From a virus, in IMG/VR virus record IMGVR_UViG_3300013286_000009, positions 21,597 through 85,596 of that record: DNA of 64,000 nt; one strand, 5' to 3'. Below the pieces are notes generated by a model, which saw nothing but the letters and a program-made list of their open reading frames with translations, did not search any database and was not told the DNA's origin. A program made the translations under genes and the position numbers. Numbering within the stretch: position 1 is the first letter of the stretch; every line of letters begins with the position of its first letter. Shown one piece after another: positions 20,001 through 31,200 of this stretch.

Positions 20001-23000
20001 CCACCAAACGCAATGGATGACAATGAAGTCACACCCGATGCACCACCTGCATTCCAAGTTTTTCCGTCTGTACTGTAAGCAGTGGTAGTACTACCATTGG
20101 CAATAGCTACATAACGATTAACTCCGTAAGCAACAGCTTGCCAAGTTGCACTTCCTATAGTTCTTGCTGTACTGCTGAATCCTGGGCCAGTATATGAAAC
20201 TGCTGGCTCAATAATGTATGTAGTAGTTGAATCCATTGAAGTTTGGATTGCAGTTCCTGGAACAATATGATCCCAACTTGCGGCATATAGCGACACTGAT
20301 TGACTAGTAGTAGTTGTAATAGCTGAAGTAAATGCCACGCCGCCTGATGTGTCCGTTACTGAGAATGTGGTCGTGTTGACAACAGTTTTAACATAATAAA
20401 CAATATTTGTTAATAATCCGCCAACCGCAGACGCTACATAGAATGGCATGTTGGCATATAATGTTGCTGTACTTGCAACTGTAACAGTTGAAGGTGTACC
20501 GTTTGTTGTTGCTGTAATAGTCAACGTAGCAAATGATGGTCTGATAATTTGGGCAATTTTACTGCCGTTAGTATATGAATAAATTGTTGCATATTGACCT
20601 ACACCAGTTCCAGCAGTTATCTGAATTTTCATTCCAACATAAGCGCCAGTTAGTGCTAAATCAGTAGCCGCAATAGTTATAAATCCAACTGTTGATCCAG
20701 CAGTAACAGCTTGTGCAGTACTAGTCGCAGTTACATAACTACTACCTCCCACACCTTGGCCATTATTCAAGTCAGTTAATCTTGTTTCGGTAACTGCGGC
20801 ATCTCTAAATTCATCATGTGTTGCAGTTGCATTGTATCCACTACCGCTGATACCTGCTACGCTGTTTGAATAAGATGAACCAGCGTTTCCATATTCAAAT
20901 CTCAATACTTGATTCAGAACATCGGTGACTACGTTAGTAATTTGTGCGCCGTTGGCACGATTGTTTAATGTTCCGTAAATAGGAGTTTCGTATGTATCAA
21001 CACCTTCTGCTACAACACCATATGTACCATATGAACTGTTGCCGTTGGTTGCACGAATACGTGCTCCTAGTTCTGCTAGGTATCCTGCATAGCCGTAGTA
21101 ATTAAACACTGAAACTAGTTCTGATAAAGCGCCGGATCCAGTGACCCAGAAGCCAATACCGTCACCAATAATTGTTGTATAATCGTTGGCAACCATTGAT
21201 TTATTGCCACCGTTGTGCAATGCCGCATCCACTTTAGCGCCAGAACATGCATAGCCAAACATGGTATTATTTTGAACATAGCACGAACGTGCATAGATCC
21301 AACTGTTAGCATCGTTAGGGCCAAAGCCTGGATCAAGTGCCGCATAAGCACCAGCAGTTGGACGTTTGGTTCCAAAGCTGTTTACTACACTTAGATATCC
21401 GGTTAATCCGTTCATAGTGGTATTACGTATACCTGAACTATTACGCACTTGGAACATGTTAGATGTGATTGAGCCGCCAGTAACCGCATTAACATATAAT
21501 TGGGCCGAACGTAATGATTTATAATTTCCCGGGAAATTTAAATCGTAAATCATAGCTGTTATATAAGCATTTGTATCGCGTAAACACTTAGCCAATGAAT
21601 AGTAATAAGATATAATCATCGAGCCAGCGCCGTTAATAACTTGGAATGGAGTTGTGCTTGATGCAGTGGTAGTCAATACCAGGGTAGTACTGCTAGGAAC
21701 TGCAAGTACATAGTAAGTTGTTGTCAGTGCAAGATTTCCATATACTCCGCCAGCAACGCCTGTCATACTGCCCGATCCAATACCTAACGTAATTGCAGTG
21801 CCGCCGTATGTACTACTTAAAGTAATTGTACTTGCGCCTGAATTTACGTTGATGATATAGTATGGACTTCCTGAGTTAATTTGATTTCCAGTACCAGTTC
21901 CAATAGGAGTTCCTGTAAACGTAACAATCATACCAGTTACTAAATTAGTAGTGCTATTTACAGTGACCACACCGCTTGCGGCTGTTGCTGTTGCAGTCGG
22001 TGTTGCTGTAACTGCACTGATAATTTGTACAGGATCGCCTATGGATAAATTATGAGCCGCACTGGTTGTTTGGTAATTATTCTGGCCAGTCACCGATGTT
22101 GATGCAACAGTTTGATTGGCGTTGACTGTAAACACTGTAGCACTGGTTGTTGCAACAATATAAGTTCCAGCAGTGACGCCTGTTCCGCTAAGAACTGTTC
22201 CAATTTGGAAAGTTCCTGTTACAGAGCCACCAGCGGTGAATGTATAACCTGAGATTGTGCCTGCGCTTGCACTGGCACTGGCATTGGTTGTTGAAGTTAT
22301 AGTTCCACTAAAATTAGCAGTGGTATAAGCACTGGCTTCGTATGCTAGAAAGTTTGCATTAGCACGTAAAATTTCTGCACCTTGAATAGTAGCCAAGGTA
22401 TTATTATAAGTTAATGTGCCGTGAACTTCAGGAGTTGTTCCAATTCCGTTAGTTAGGATATTAATAAACAATGCCATACTAGAGCTTGCATTGGCAGCGG
22501 CTGTACTATTTCCTGCTAGTGTAGTAGCTATTTGACTTGTCAAATAATTGAATGCCGCAATAGTTGCTGATTTTTGTATGCCAACCACTCTGCTAGCCTG
22601 TGCTTGATAGTAACTCATTCCAGCTTTTACTGTTTGATAATTACTTCCAAGTATTGAATCGTACCCTACGCTATCAATTAGTAATCCAATGTCTCTATAG
22701 CAAATAGTTTGTAAGTATGATAAGTTTGGAAAGTTAGTAGAAATATAATTAATAACACCTGCTTGCAAACTTGCACGAGCCGCACTTAATACAGCCTGAC
22801 CCGATTGTAGTGTAGTACTGGCTTGACTATAAGCAGGCAAACTAGAAACTTCAGCAGATATGGTTAAACCTGAACCGCTGACAAACGTTGTTATTACAGA
22901 TCCGTTAAAACTATTGGATAATTGGAATTGTGTGCTAGTTAAGCCTGTACTTGAAACAAAATAAGCAACATTAGATCCAGTGATTGTAGTACTTGATACA

Positions 23001-26000
23001 GTTTGACTTATATTAACTGTATATGTTCCAGTACCGCCAGTTCCGGATACTAATGCAGTAATATATGTTCCTTGTGCAACACCTGTGCCGGTTATAATTT
23101 GACCAACTGCAAATGCACCAGTTGGTGAGCCGCTTATTGTTAGAGTATATGCACTAATGACACCTGTTCCAGATCCTGGAACAATTACAGTATCGTTAGC
23201 ATTCAAATTATGTGTTGTACTAGCTGTAAATGTTGTTCCTGTAGCAATAGTATTAATTGTAATCTTAGGTGCACTGGTATAGCCGTTGGTAACAATATTG
23301 GTAATATTGGTCATCAATGTACTTACTAATGTCGCTTGAGTACTTGTTCCACTAGCGCCAGTCACGCGAGGTACTGTAGTTTGTAACCTAGTGTATGCCG
23401 CGCCTTGTGCAAGTGCTTGAGCAATGGTGCTGATCTGCGATATGCTGGCTAACCAAGCTGTTTGTTCAGTCGAAGCTAACAAGAACTGTCCAGTAATAAA
23501 ACTATAGTATGCCTTGGCAGCTTTAACAGTGGCATAATTTCCACCATATGTCAAATCATAACGTAGAGCATCAATGATATATCCTATGTTTTGCTGATAT
23601 ACAGTTTGACTATAAACTAAACTTGCATAGTTAGTCGTAATGTATTGAATAATTTCGGCTTGTATAAATGCTTTATTTGCAAAAATAATTTTTGCGGCAT
23701 TTCCAGTATTAGTAACAATATTACTAGGATCAGGCCATGTAAATCTTGCTGGAACACTTCCGCCATTAACATAAGCAATTATGTCATTAATCATGTTAGT
23801 CAACTGCGCAACACTACCGCTGGCCGCAATATGACGTGCTTTATATTTGATAAAGTTTACTGCGCCTAATTCTGCGGCTAGTTGGCTTGTTCTTACAATA
23901 TTAACACTGGCAATATTTCTATTGTATGAACGACCAACAGTTATAGAACTAAAGTTACTACCAAATACCAAATCATAAACAAGGGCATCAACAATATAAC
24001 CAGCATCGCGGCTACATGTTGAACTATTAAAGTTCATTGTTTGATAGTTCTTTTGTACCCATGCAACTGTATCGGCTTGAATTTCTGAACGTTTAGCAAC
24101 CACGGCATTATATGCTGTTTGTAAACTTGAACTTGTAAGTGCGATAGCACTAGTCGGCAATACGCTTGCATCAGCCGCACTATTATTGATCCAGTCGTTA
24201 ATTTCAGTCATACGTGCTTGAGCAAATGTTGCCGCTGCCGACGATCCGGCAGTACCGAATGTTACTTGAGATGTTCCTGAGAAACCAGTCGATGTTGTTA
24301 CTGTTTGCGCTTGGATAATTTGTCCTAAAATAGTAGACAAACGTCCGTATGCGGCAACAGTTGCGGCTTTTTCTGTTGTAGCGATAGTTGTAAGATAGTT
24401 ACTGTAGTAAGAACTACCTGCAATTAATGTTTGATTATTACAACCATAAGTCATATCAAACTGCAATGCATCTAGCAAATAACCAACGTCACGTTGGCAT
24501 GTTGCTTGTACGATTGCAGTCCAAACAGAACTATAGTTATAAGCTAGATAAGCCGAAATTTCATCTTTAATAAATTGATAATTTCTTATAATCTGTGCAA
24601 GACCATCACCATAGCCTACTAAGAATGAAGAGTTATATCCCGTAACTGGAGGAATTGTAAATGCTTGGTTAAGACTAGTTATAGTACCTTGTACAGTAAT
24701 TGAGCCAGTTGTTGTAGATGCAAAACTTACACTAGTTGTTGTACATGCTGTAACAGCATAGTAACTATTATATCCAACTGGTGTTACTCCGTATACTTGT
24801 ATGTTTTGTCCTACTTGATACGGAGGTGCGCTTTGAATTGAAAAATTCAATGTAACTACTGATCCAGTTGCACTTGCTAAACCAGTAGTAGCTAACGATA
24901 CCACTGCAGGTGCTGTTGGTACATTACTAATACCATTATTAATAATGTCGTACATTAAATCACAATTAGTACTAACTCTAGTTGTTGCTAATGTGCTACC
25001 AACATCGCCCGCTGGCAATGAAGTAACTTGAGTTTGTGTATTTCCGCTAGTAGCAGTAACAGTAGCATTTGATAATAAAGTAGGCAATATTGTTTGGATA
25101 CGAGTTAGTGCCGCTATTGATTTTGGTTTATCAGTGGCTAGTAATGCAATAGCTTGTGCTGGCTGGATAACTGTACTTCGTAGTTCGTCTCCTACTATTG
25201 CTGTATATGCTGGAAGTATGATTGGTAAAATTTCATTGTACGTGCCAGTTTTAACACTGACAGTAGTATTTGGATTGATTACGTTAGCAATACCAGTATT
25301 GGTTCCAGCAATTAACGCTGTGGTTATAATACTTAAATTGGCCTGAGTAATTGCCAATGCTGTTGATTCAGCAGTCAATGTCGAATCAATAATTTGTAGA
25401 GCTCTAGTAGAAATACTAGTTAATGTTTGGTAATTACTTGCCGGAGCAGTATTTGCCAATACACTGGCGAATAATGTATTTGCTAGATAATTGTAACTGG
25501 CTACAGATTGGCTTGCTTGATATCCAAACGCTGTGGTAATGTATGCGCCGTTTGAGAAATAACTTTGAGCCGCTGTATAATTTTTATAAGTGCCACCATG
25601 TGTTAAATCAAATATTGCCGCATCAACTAGATAACCGACATCGCGTTCGCACTTAGCTGTATTGTAAACTAGCGTGGCAGTCATTGCCGTAGACCCAGCA
25701 GTTAAAACAAGAGCCTGGCCTCCATAAGTAGTTGTAATACTAAAGTGAGTTGAATCAACAATACTTTGTACATAATAAGTTTGGCCTGCGGTTACTCCGC
25801 CACCAGTCCCTGAAAAACTGATTGGCATACCCACTGTCATAGTTGCAGTAGTTGATTGATATGAGCTACCTGCACCGACAGCAAATGCTGTTGTACTAGC
25901 AGATAATACACTATATGAATATTGGTATACAGTCCATGCACTAACTTCTTTCATCATAAACTGTTTGTTTTTTGTTAATAATGCTCCAGCATTGGTATTT

Positions 26001-28189
26001 AAATAACCATCTTCGATTTGTTTGCAAGCATAACGAATGGTCGCCCAAGGTTTATCAATAGTTGTACCTTGTCCGTTAGTAGTTGCATCTGTACCGTTAG
26101 TTGCTACGTAAACAATATTGTTGATTTGTCCGTAATATTGCCACGCTGGAATAGTATTGTTGACACGTAATAATTGTCCGTCAGTACCGATTGGTAGGCG
26201 TGTCGGGCCGTTTGCTCCGTAATAGAACATATCGCCCTGTGTGGTTAGAACAGCTGACTCTGCGCCGCTGGCTAGTAAATTCCAATATGTTGCTACAGTA
26301 TCTGCATCTGGGCGATTGCCGCTTGTTGCCACGTGTGCCGATACACAAATATAACTGTTTGCTCCAAAGTACACACTGTCGCCTAGCACATAGGCAGTAC
26401 CAGTAACCCATGTAACTGAATAGCCTGTTGCACTTATACCGCCTGATTGAATTACTCCACTACTAACAGTATTAACTGTAATTGTAATATCGTTTGCTGG
26501 ACTAATACCGCCAACACTAGTACCTAAAATCTTTATAGTATTGTTTGTTCCGTATCCGGTCCCGCCATTGTTGACAGTAACAGTATATATTGTTTTGCTT
26601 GCAGTAATATTGAATGTTGCACTCGAGCCTGTACCAATAATATTTGTTCCACTAACGGCAGAATAAGTTGAATTTGTTGGGTTCCAACGAATACCAGAAT
26701 TTAATCTTGTCCAAAATGTGGCAAATGGCGGTGTTGGATTAGAGGTAACTGTAAATGCACTACCGCTACTAGTGCCGGCTGTAAGAGCAGTTGCACTTCC
26801 AGCACTTATAGTTGTTGCTACTTTAAAGTGGGTACTATCAACCACCGCTTGTACATAATATTGTTGTGATGTTGATAATCCGCCAATTGCGGTTCCTGAA
26901 AAATTAATAGGTAAATTTAAAACTAGGCCAGCAGTTGAACTAACGGTAATTTGATTTGGAATTGATACGTCGCCGCTGGCAGCGGTTGCTGTTACATTTA
27001 AAGTTACCGCACTGTTGTCAACTGTTGCAAGATAAGTATATCCGCCTAAACGCACAACATGACCAATTTTATAAGAGTTTGAATTTACCCAATCGCCTTG
27101 GAAACTAAAACCCGATGTGAATGGTTGCCAGTATGCCGTAGCAGTACTAGGAATTTGATTTAATCCGTTTTGAATAGCAGTATATGTATTACCGCCATAA
27201 GTTACGACATCACCTAGGATGTAATTAGTTGCGCTTGACCAGCTGTTAACAAATTCAAAACCACTTACAAACAAACTAAACTTAGTACCATCTAGGGTGG
27301 TGCCAGAAGATGTATGTTGTGTCGTACAAATCCATAGATCAGCACCGTAGGTTACAACGTCGTTTAATCGATATCGAACACTACTCCCACTCCATGTACT
27401 GCGATAAATGATACCAGCATTGAATGTATCCCATTTGCCAGAATCATTTTCTAAACCTAATGTAGTTGTGTTTGCGGATATGTGTGCGGCATTACATAGA
27501 TAGCTATATCCGCCATAGGTTACTAAATCTCGAACTTTATATCGCGTGTTAGTAGACCAAGATTGAGACCAATTAATATTTGACGCAAAAGCAGTCCATT
27601 TCGCTTGATCGTTTTCTAAACCAAATTGATTTGTTCCTGTCACGGTTCCTAAAGTTACAACAGAATAAGTTCCAGTTAGTGCAAATGTCAGCTGTGTGGT
27701 TGAGCAAGTTACAACTGTGAATGTTGTGTTAACAGTATTAACTACAGTACTAGTTGATGTTGGACTGAATCCAGCCAACGTGATAGTTGAACCAACAAGA
27801 AACGGCTGTACAATCTGACTTGAATAAGTCAACGTCGCAGTGCCACCGCTGACTATAAATCCAGTAGCAGTTATTGTGGATGTTGTAGCAACGCTAGTAT
27901 GCGGTGTAACACACTGGTATACAATTCCGCCATATAACGCTTGATCGCCCGTATTATAATACGTATTATTAGCCCAAGAGCCTGTCCATTTTGAGCCATC
28001 GGCCACAAGATTCCAGTTGGTTGGATTAGCAGTTAAATCTGTTACAAACAAAGACGAAGCCGTGTGGCTAATTACACAAATATATGTTTTTCCGCCTACT
28101 GTAACAACATCATCAACTACATACGCAGTGCTAGTTGCCCAAGCACCTTGATAAACAAACTTAATCCTACCAAGTTTAAATTCTGCCAT
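17069..28189 (-). CDS. Giant modular virion/fibre protein (3706 aa)
   Basis: N-terminal W..xT.Y...D.V.YGG..Y.C repeats (CBM5/12-like), a YVATNGTD...PWATI beta-helix-type domain, CxRD helical repeats, S.DG..W (BNR-like) repeats, and a C-terminus shared with 28237..36363. Confidence 0.8.
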   Translation of the reverse strand: MAEFKLGRIKFVYQGAWATSTAYVVDDVVTVGGKTYICVISHTASSLFVTDLTANPTNWNLVADGSKWTGSWANNTYYNTGDQALYGGIVYQCVTPHTSVATTSTITATGFIVSGGTATLTYSSQIVQPFLVGSTITLAGFSPTSTSTVVNTVNTTFTVVTCSTTQLTFALTGTYSVVTLGTVTGTNQFGLENDQAKWTAFASNINWSQSWSTNTRYKVRDLVTYGGYSYLCNAAHISANTTTLGLENDSGKWDTFNAGIIYRSTWSGSSVRYRLNDVVTYGADLWICTTQHTSSGTTLDGTKFSLFVSGFEFVNSWSSATNYILGDVVTYGGNTYTAIQNGLNQIPSTATAYWQPFTSGFSFQGDWVNSNSYKIGHVVRLGGYTYLATVDNSAVTLNVTATAASGDVSIPNQITVSSTAGLVLNLPINFSGTAIGGLSTSQQYYVQAVVDSTHFKVATTISAGSATALTAGTSSGSAFTVTSNPTPPFATFWTRLNSGIRWNPTNSTYSAVSGTNIIGTGSSATFNITASKTIYTVTVNNGGTGYGTNNTIKILGTSVGGISPANDITITVNTVSSGVIQSGGISATGYSVTWVTGTAYVLGDSVYFGANSYICVSAHVATSGNRPDADTVATYWNLLASGAESAVLTTQGDMFYYGANGPTRLPIGTDGQLLRVNNTIPAWQYYGQINNIVYVATNGTDATTNGQGTTIDKPWATIRYACKQIEDGYLNTNAGALLTKNKQFMMKEVSAWTVYQYSYSVLSASTTAFAVGAGSSYQSTTATMTVGMPISFSGTGGGVTAGQTYYVQSIVDSTHFSITTTYGGQALVLTAGSTAMTATLVYNTAKCERDVGYLVDAAIFDLTHGGTYKNYTAAQSYFSNGAYITTAFGYQASQSVASYNYLANTLFASVLANTAPASNYQTLTSISTRALQIIDSTLTAESTALAITQANLSIITTALIAGTNTGIANVINPNTTVSVKTGTYNEILPIILPAYTAIVGDELRSTVIQPAQAIALLATDKPKSIAALTRIQTILPTLLSNATVTATSGNTQTQVTSLPAGDVGSTLATTRVSTNCDLMYDIINNGISNVPTAPAVVSLATTGLASATGSVVTLNFSIQSAPPYQVGQNIQVYGVTPVGYNSYYAVTACTTTSVSFASTTTGSITVQGTITSLNQAFTIPPVTGYNSSFLVGYGDGLAQIIRNYQFIKDEISAYLAYNYSSVWTAIVQATCQRDVGYLLDALQFDMTYGCNNQTLIAGSSYYSNYLTTIATTEKAATVAAYGRLSTILGQIIQAQTVTTSTGFSGTSQVTFGTAGSSAAATFAQARMTEINDWINNSAADASVLPTSAIALTSSSLQTAYNAVVAKRSEIQADTVAWVQKNYQTMNFNSSTCSRDAGYIVDALVYDLVFGSNFSSITVGRSYNRNIASVNIVRTSQLAAELGAVNFIKYKARHIAASGSVAQLTNMINDIIAYVNGGSVPARFTWPDPSNIVTNTGNAAKIIFANKAFIQAEIIQYITTNYASLVYSQTVYQQNIGYIIDALRYDLTYGGNYATVKAAKAYYSFITGQFLLASTEQTAWLASISQISTIAQALAQGAAYTRLQTTVPRVTGASGTSTQATLVSTLMTNITNIVTNGYTSAPKITINTIATGTTFTASTTHNLNANDTVIVPGSGTGVISAYTLTISGSPTGAFAVGQIITGTGVAQGTYITALVSGTGGTGTYTVNISQTVSSTTITGSNVAYFVSSTGLTSTQFQLSNSFNGSVITTFVSGSGLTISAEVSSLPAYSQASTTLQSGQAVLSAARASLQAGVINYISTNFPNLSYLQTICYRDIGLLIDSVGYDSILGSNYQTVKAGMSYYQAQASRVVGIQKSATIAAFNYLTSQIATTLAGNSTAAANASSSMALFINILTNGIGTTPEVHGTLTYNNTLATIQGAEILRANANFLAYEASAYTTANFSGTITSTTNASASASAGTISGYTFTAGGSVTGTFQIGTVLSGTGVTAGTYIVATTSATVFTVNANQTVASTSVTGQNNYQTTSAAHNLSIGDPVQIISAVTATPTATATAASGVVTVNSTTNLVTGMIVTFTGTPIGTGTGNQINSGSPYYIINVNSGASTITLSSTYGGTAITLGIGSGSMTGVAGGVYGNLALTTTYYVLAVPSSTTLVLTTTASSTTPFQVINGAGSMIISYYYSLAKCLRDTNAYITAMIYDLNFPGNYKSLRSAQLYVNAVTGGSITSNMFQVRNSSGIRNTTMNGLTGYLSVVNSFGTKRPTAGAYAALDPGFGPNDANSWIYARSCYVQNNTMFGYACSGAKVDAALHNGGNKSMVANDYTTIIGDGIGFWVTGSGALSELVSVFNYYGYAGYLAELGARIRATNGNSSYGTYGVVAEGVDTYETPIYGTLNNRANGAQITNVVTDVLNQVLRFEYGNAGSSYSNSVAGISGSGYNATATHDEFRDAAVTETRLTDLNNGQGVGGSSYVTATSTAQAVTAGSTVGFITIAATDLALTGAYVGMKIQITAGTGVGQYATIYSYTNGSKIAQIIRPSFATLTITATTNGTPSTVTVASTATLYANMPFYVASAVGGLLTNIVYYVKTVVNTTTFSVTDTSGGVAFTSAITTTTSQSVSLYAASWDHIVPGTAIQTSMDSTTTYIIEPAVSYTGPGFSSTARTIGSATWQAVAYGVNRYVAIANGSTTTAYSTDGKTWNAGGASGVTSLSSIAFGGGSGASATVTVGGFGGSAAVLTAVVGTTGSSYSQIIGVNIVSGGFNYLTPPVIVFSGGGGTGATATCTVLNGAISSVTVIIPGNGYASTPTVTAVTSIVTVVTPVKWGSNYYSTPSVVIAPPYSATIWSSGGSATLNTYYSYYNSTTFTTTYYQAGANGTFTAAAPTFTSGTGSAGTYGVALTYVGTLAVATATMTNYGVSSYTITIPGYGYTAVPTITVTDAVSRFLAISNSSTSSVYSTTGVSWSAGGTLPGSNFNSVCYGNGKWIAVGGTTTTPALAYTSDGANTNWTAAANTVGAVTYTSVAYGNGAYIAIASGSTTTAKSTNGNTWALGGVLPSTATWTGITYGNGRFVAIASGTTTTAYSYDLGVTWFASTAAGSPGLPSAATWSSIAYGEGLFMAVAKGSSNNFCAVSSDGINWSLQAFANSTTWQAVTFGSVLTNSTIGYNPLWVGISNAASSTVAVSAHTGATAQARAKVASNAITEIRMVEPGSGYPKGTISSITAATTVTVNSSSTTVITLSSSASLTVGSPITFASTVGSLSASPTVYYVQSSSGTSLSVATTPTGSAASVGTTTGLTVVATVQGVIIADNTENLIANQPIEFNAAFSGLSTNTIYYVVGSSIGSLTFQVATSAALATAGTSIAFTAATTSGMIYTAGPIITITDPNKVNVASTRVRTTDGALGNPSFPNRGTNNTTATAVTAGDGYSDLYQVGSYINVAGLPSMPAAGSNVQFATITGSSQWYKLVQVTNILGIAGNYTASFQINPSMSTLLAPAQGTLITTRLKYSQVRLTGHDFLYIGTGNQTQTNYPYVIAANAIQANQQNSSGGGRVFFTSTDQDGNFNVGNLFGVQQATGTATLNASAFNLSGLQSLQLGAVSLGVGSAIITQFSTDPYFTANSDSIVPTQKAIKSYITAQIGGGSSSLNVNTLIAGQVQIANNVISNTTGAQILVTSKMTFSGGIDGAPVALVFFSQR

Positions 28190-28210
28190 TTTATTATTCC
28201 TCTGATAATA

Positions 28211-28217
28211 TTTATCT
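28211..28217 (-). promoter_or_regulatory. Late promoter (ATAAATA)
   Basis: ATAAATA, then a GAGGA Shine-Dalgarno, then ATG 28189. Confidence 0.6.
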
Positions 28218-28236
28218 TAATTAAAATTATTAAGTT

Positions 28237-31200
28237 TTAGTTTCTACGAAAAGCGTTTCTTGCAAAAAAGTCAAAAGCCGCCATATTTCCGTCAACACTT
28301 GCGCCTGCGCCTTGGAACATTACTTTACTACCCATTTTTACACTACCAGTTGCTAGTGTCGATCTAATGTAGTTAGGATTTCCCACGGTTACTGTACCTG
28401 CTGTCAATTGTCCAGTGCTTGTGTTTGAGCCACCTTGACTCAATCGACTTGCCAAATAAGTCTTAACTGCTTTTTGTGTCGGTAATACACTGTCGGAGTT
28501 TGCAGTAAAGGTACTATCAGTGCTGAACTGTGTAATTACAACACTTGATCCGCCAACTGCAATACCGCCTAAACTCAGCGTGTTTAGTCCAGTTAATCCA
28601 AATTGACTTGCACTTAATGTAATAACACCAGTCGCTTGCTGGACTCCAAACAAACTACCAACCTTGAAGTTACCGTCTTGGTCGGTACTTGTGTAAAATA
28701 CACGACCGTAGTTTGCTTCCACTGTTTGATTTTGATAAAGTGCTACATAACCGTTAGCTGGAAAACCTGGATAATTACTTGTTATAAAATCACCATAACC
28801 AATATTTAAAAAGTCATGATTTGTTAAACGTGCTTGACTGTACTTACTTCTTATCTGTATTGTTGTGCCATTGGCCACGGCATTGGCTACACTAACTGAA
28901 GGGCTTAAACTTACATTAGCTTCTAAATTTGGAACAGTTGTACCGTAAACGGCATAAGCACTAGTAACTTTGTACGCCGTAGATACACCTGCAACTGTTA
29001 AACTATCGCCCGGGCTTGGCAAACGTGTAAGATTATTTAAAATAATACTTAGACCGGTTTGATATTGATCTGCATAACCATTTCCAGTTATATAAATTAG
29101 TGTACTATTACTATTATATCCAGATCCTCTATTAACAAAAGTTGGGCTAGCCAATACACCGTTGCTAATTCGCGGAGTAACTACTGCTAAACTTGTGACG
29201 TTAGGGTCAGTAAATGTAACTGTAGGAATTTGAGGTCCGAAAATACTTATACTACTTGTATATCCAGAGCCCGGTTCAAACTCACTAATACTAGTTATGA
29301 CACCAGAAGTAATATTTCCCCGACCTTTTGTTCGACACCCTGCACTCATGTAGATTGCAGTTGATGAACCGGCTAATGCCGAAAACGTACCGTTATAATA
29401 TGTACCAGTAAATCCAAATGCCAATGCTGTATACGATGCAGACGGAACGCTTTGCTGACTCCAGTCTAAACTACTTTCGCTGGTCCATGCTGTAGTACTC
29501 GATGCAGAAATTGCTAAAAATACTCCCTGGCCGTAGGCAATTTTATCGGCTGCAATTGGTATAGTAGCAGTATACCAAGTTTTGCCATCAAACGAGTATG
29601 CTGGATATGCGGTGGTAGAAGCCACCGCAGTAAATCTGCCTTGGCCGTATGCAATACTAGACCAAGTAGACGAACTTGGTAAGTTACTGGTAGTCCATGT
29701 AATGCCGTCAGTACTATAAGCCGCTAGACTGTTACTAGTAATAGTGCCAGCGCCGCCCGTTGTTGATGTACCGTTAAAATATCTAACAGTGGTAGTATCA
29801 CAATAGGTAACAGTTTGTGTACCGTTATATCCATTTTGATTTATGCCCGTTACTGTTATAATTTGTCCTACTGCATACGGTGCTGTAGCTTGTGCAGATG
29901 TAAATGTTAATGTTGCTACAGTTCCAGATCCAGTTGCTCCTGATACAGATAAATTATTAGACCCATTGGAAACTGCCACAAATAAATTTGCACCATATGT
30001 CACACTGGTCCATGCTGCCGATGCTGGAAGTGTACTCGATGTCCAGGTTGCTCCGTAAGTAGTGCTGACTGCGGCAGCAGATGATGCTGTAGCTAATGCA
30101 ACAAATTTACCCGAACCAAATGCAATAGTATTCCATGTAGTATTGCTAGGTAATGTGGATTTCCTCCAACCGATACCGTTACTATTAGAATATACTGCGG
30201 TAGCACTTGTTGAATTAATAGCCACCCAGTAGTTGTTTCCATATGCTAATGCTGTCCATGTGGCACTCAGTGGAAGAACAATGCTGGTCCAAGTGGATGC
30301 ATCTGTACTAACAGCCGCAGTGGTATTTGCATTTCCAAGGGCCATCCAATAATTATTGCCATATGCCATTGCACTATACGTTGCACTCAAAGGCAATGTA
30401 ATTGGACTTGTAGCTGTAGCCTGATAGAATCCCGGAGCTGTAAATGTAGTTCGAGGTTCAATATAGTAAATGCTAGAACTATCCGGATTTACAGATGGCT
30501 GGCCTGGTGTGACATGATCCCACCCTAATGCCGCAAGATTCATAGACCCTGTTTTAGAAGCCAACGTAACCGGAGTACCGCTTCCTTGTGTTGTAGTTAC
30601 TGTAATGGTACTCGACGAAGGTATTGTGTTAATATAGTACGTAGTACCCGCTGTAATGTTTGAACCACCAAATAACTGTGTAGAGAATGTGGCATTCATA
30701 GATCCTATAGCAAGAGTTAATGTACTCTTTTTAGCTGTAGTTGTGCCAACCATACTTCCTGATGCTGTTAACAACGAAAACGATGCTCCTGCGGTTTTAC
30801 CTGTACAGCTTCCAGTTAATATCGAAGTTCCGGATACTGTGTTCAACGGAACAACACTGCCGCTTGGAGTTTGACTAACGGTAAATGTATTAGCATCGTT
30901 AATAACTAAAATATAATATGTTGTTTCAGCTGTTAAACCGCTGCCAAAAGTGTTGCCAACAAATATAATCGGTTGTCCTATAACTAAACTAGCAGTAACA
31001 TTAGAACCAACAGCATATATCAAGTTGGTAGTAAGATATGTTGCAGTTATATTCAAATTAATTATATTACTTGCAATGGTAAAAGTAGTATTATCAACGA
31101 TTGAGCTTATATAATATTTTGTACTTTCAACAATGTTACCATATACAGTACCACTAAAAATAATTGGATTCAGCGGAGTTAATGAACTAGTTGTAGATAC

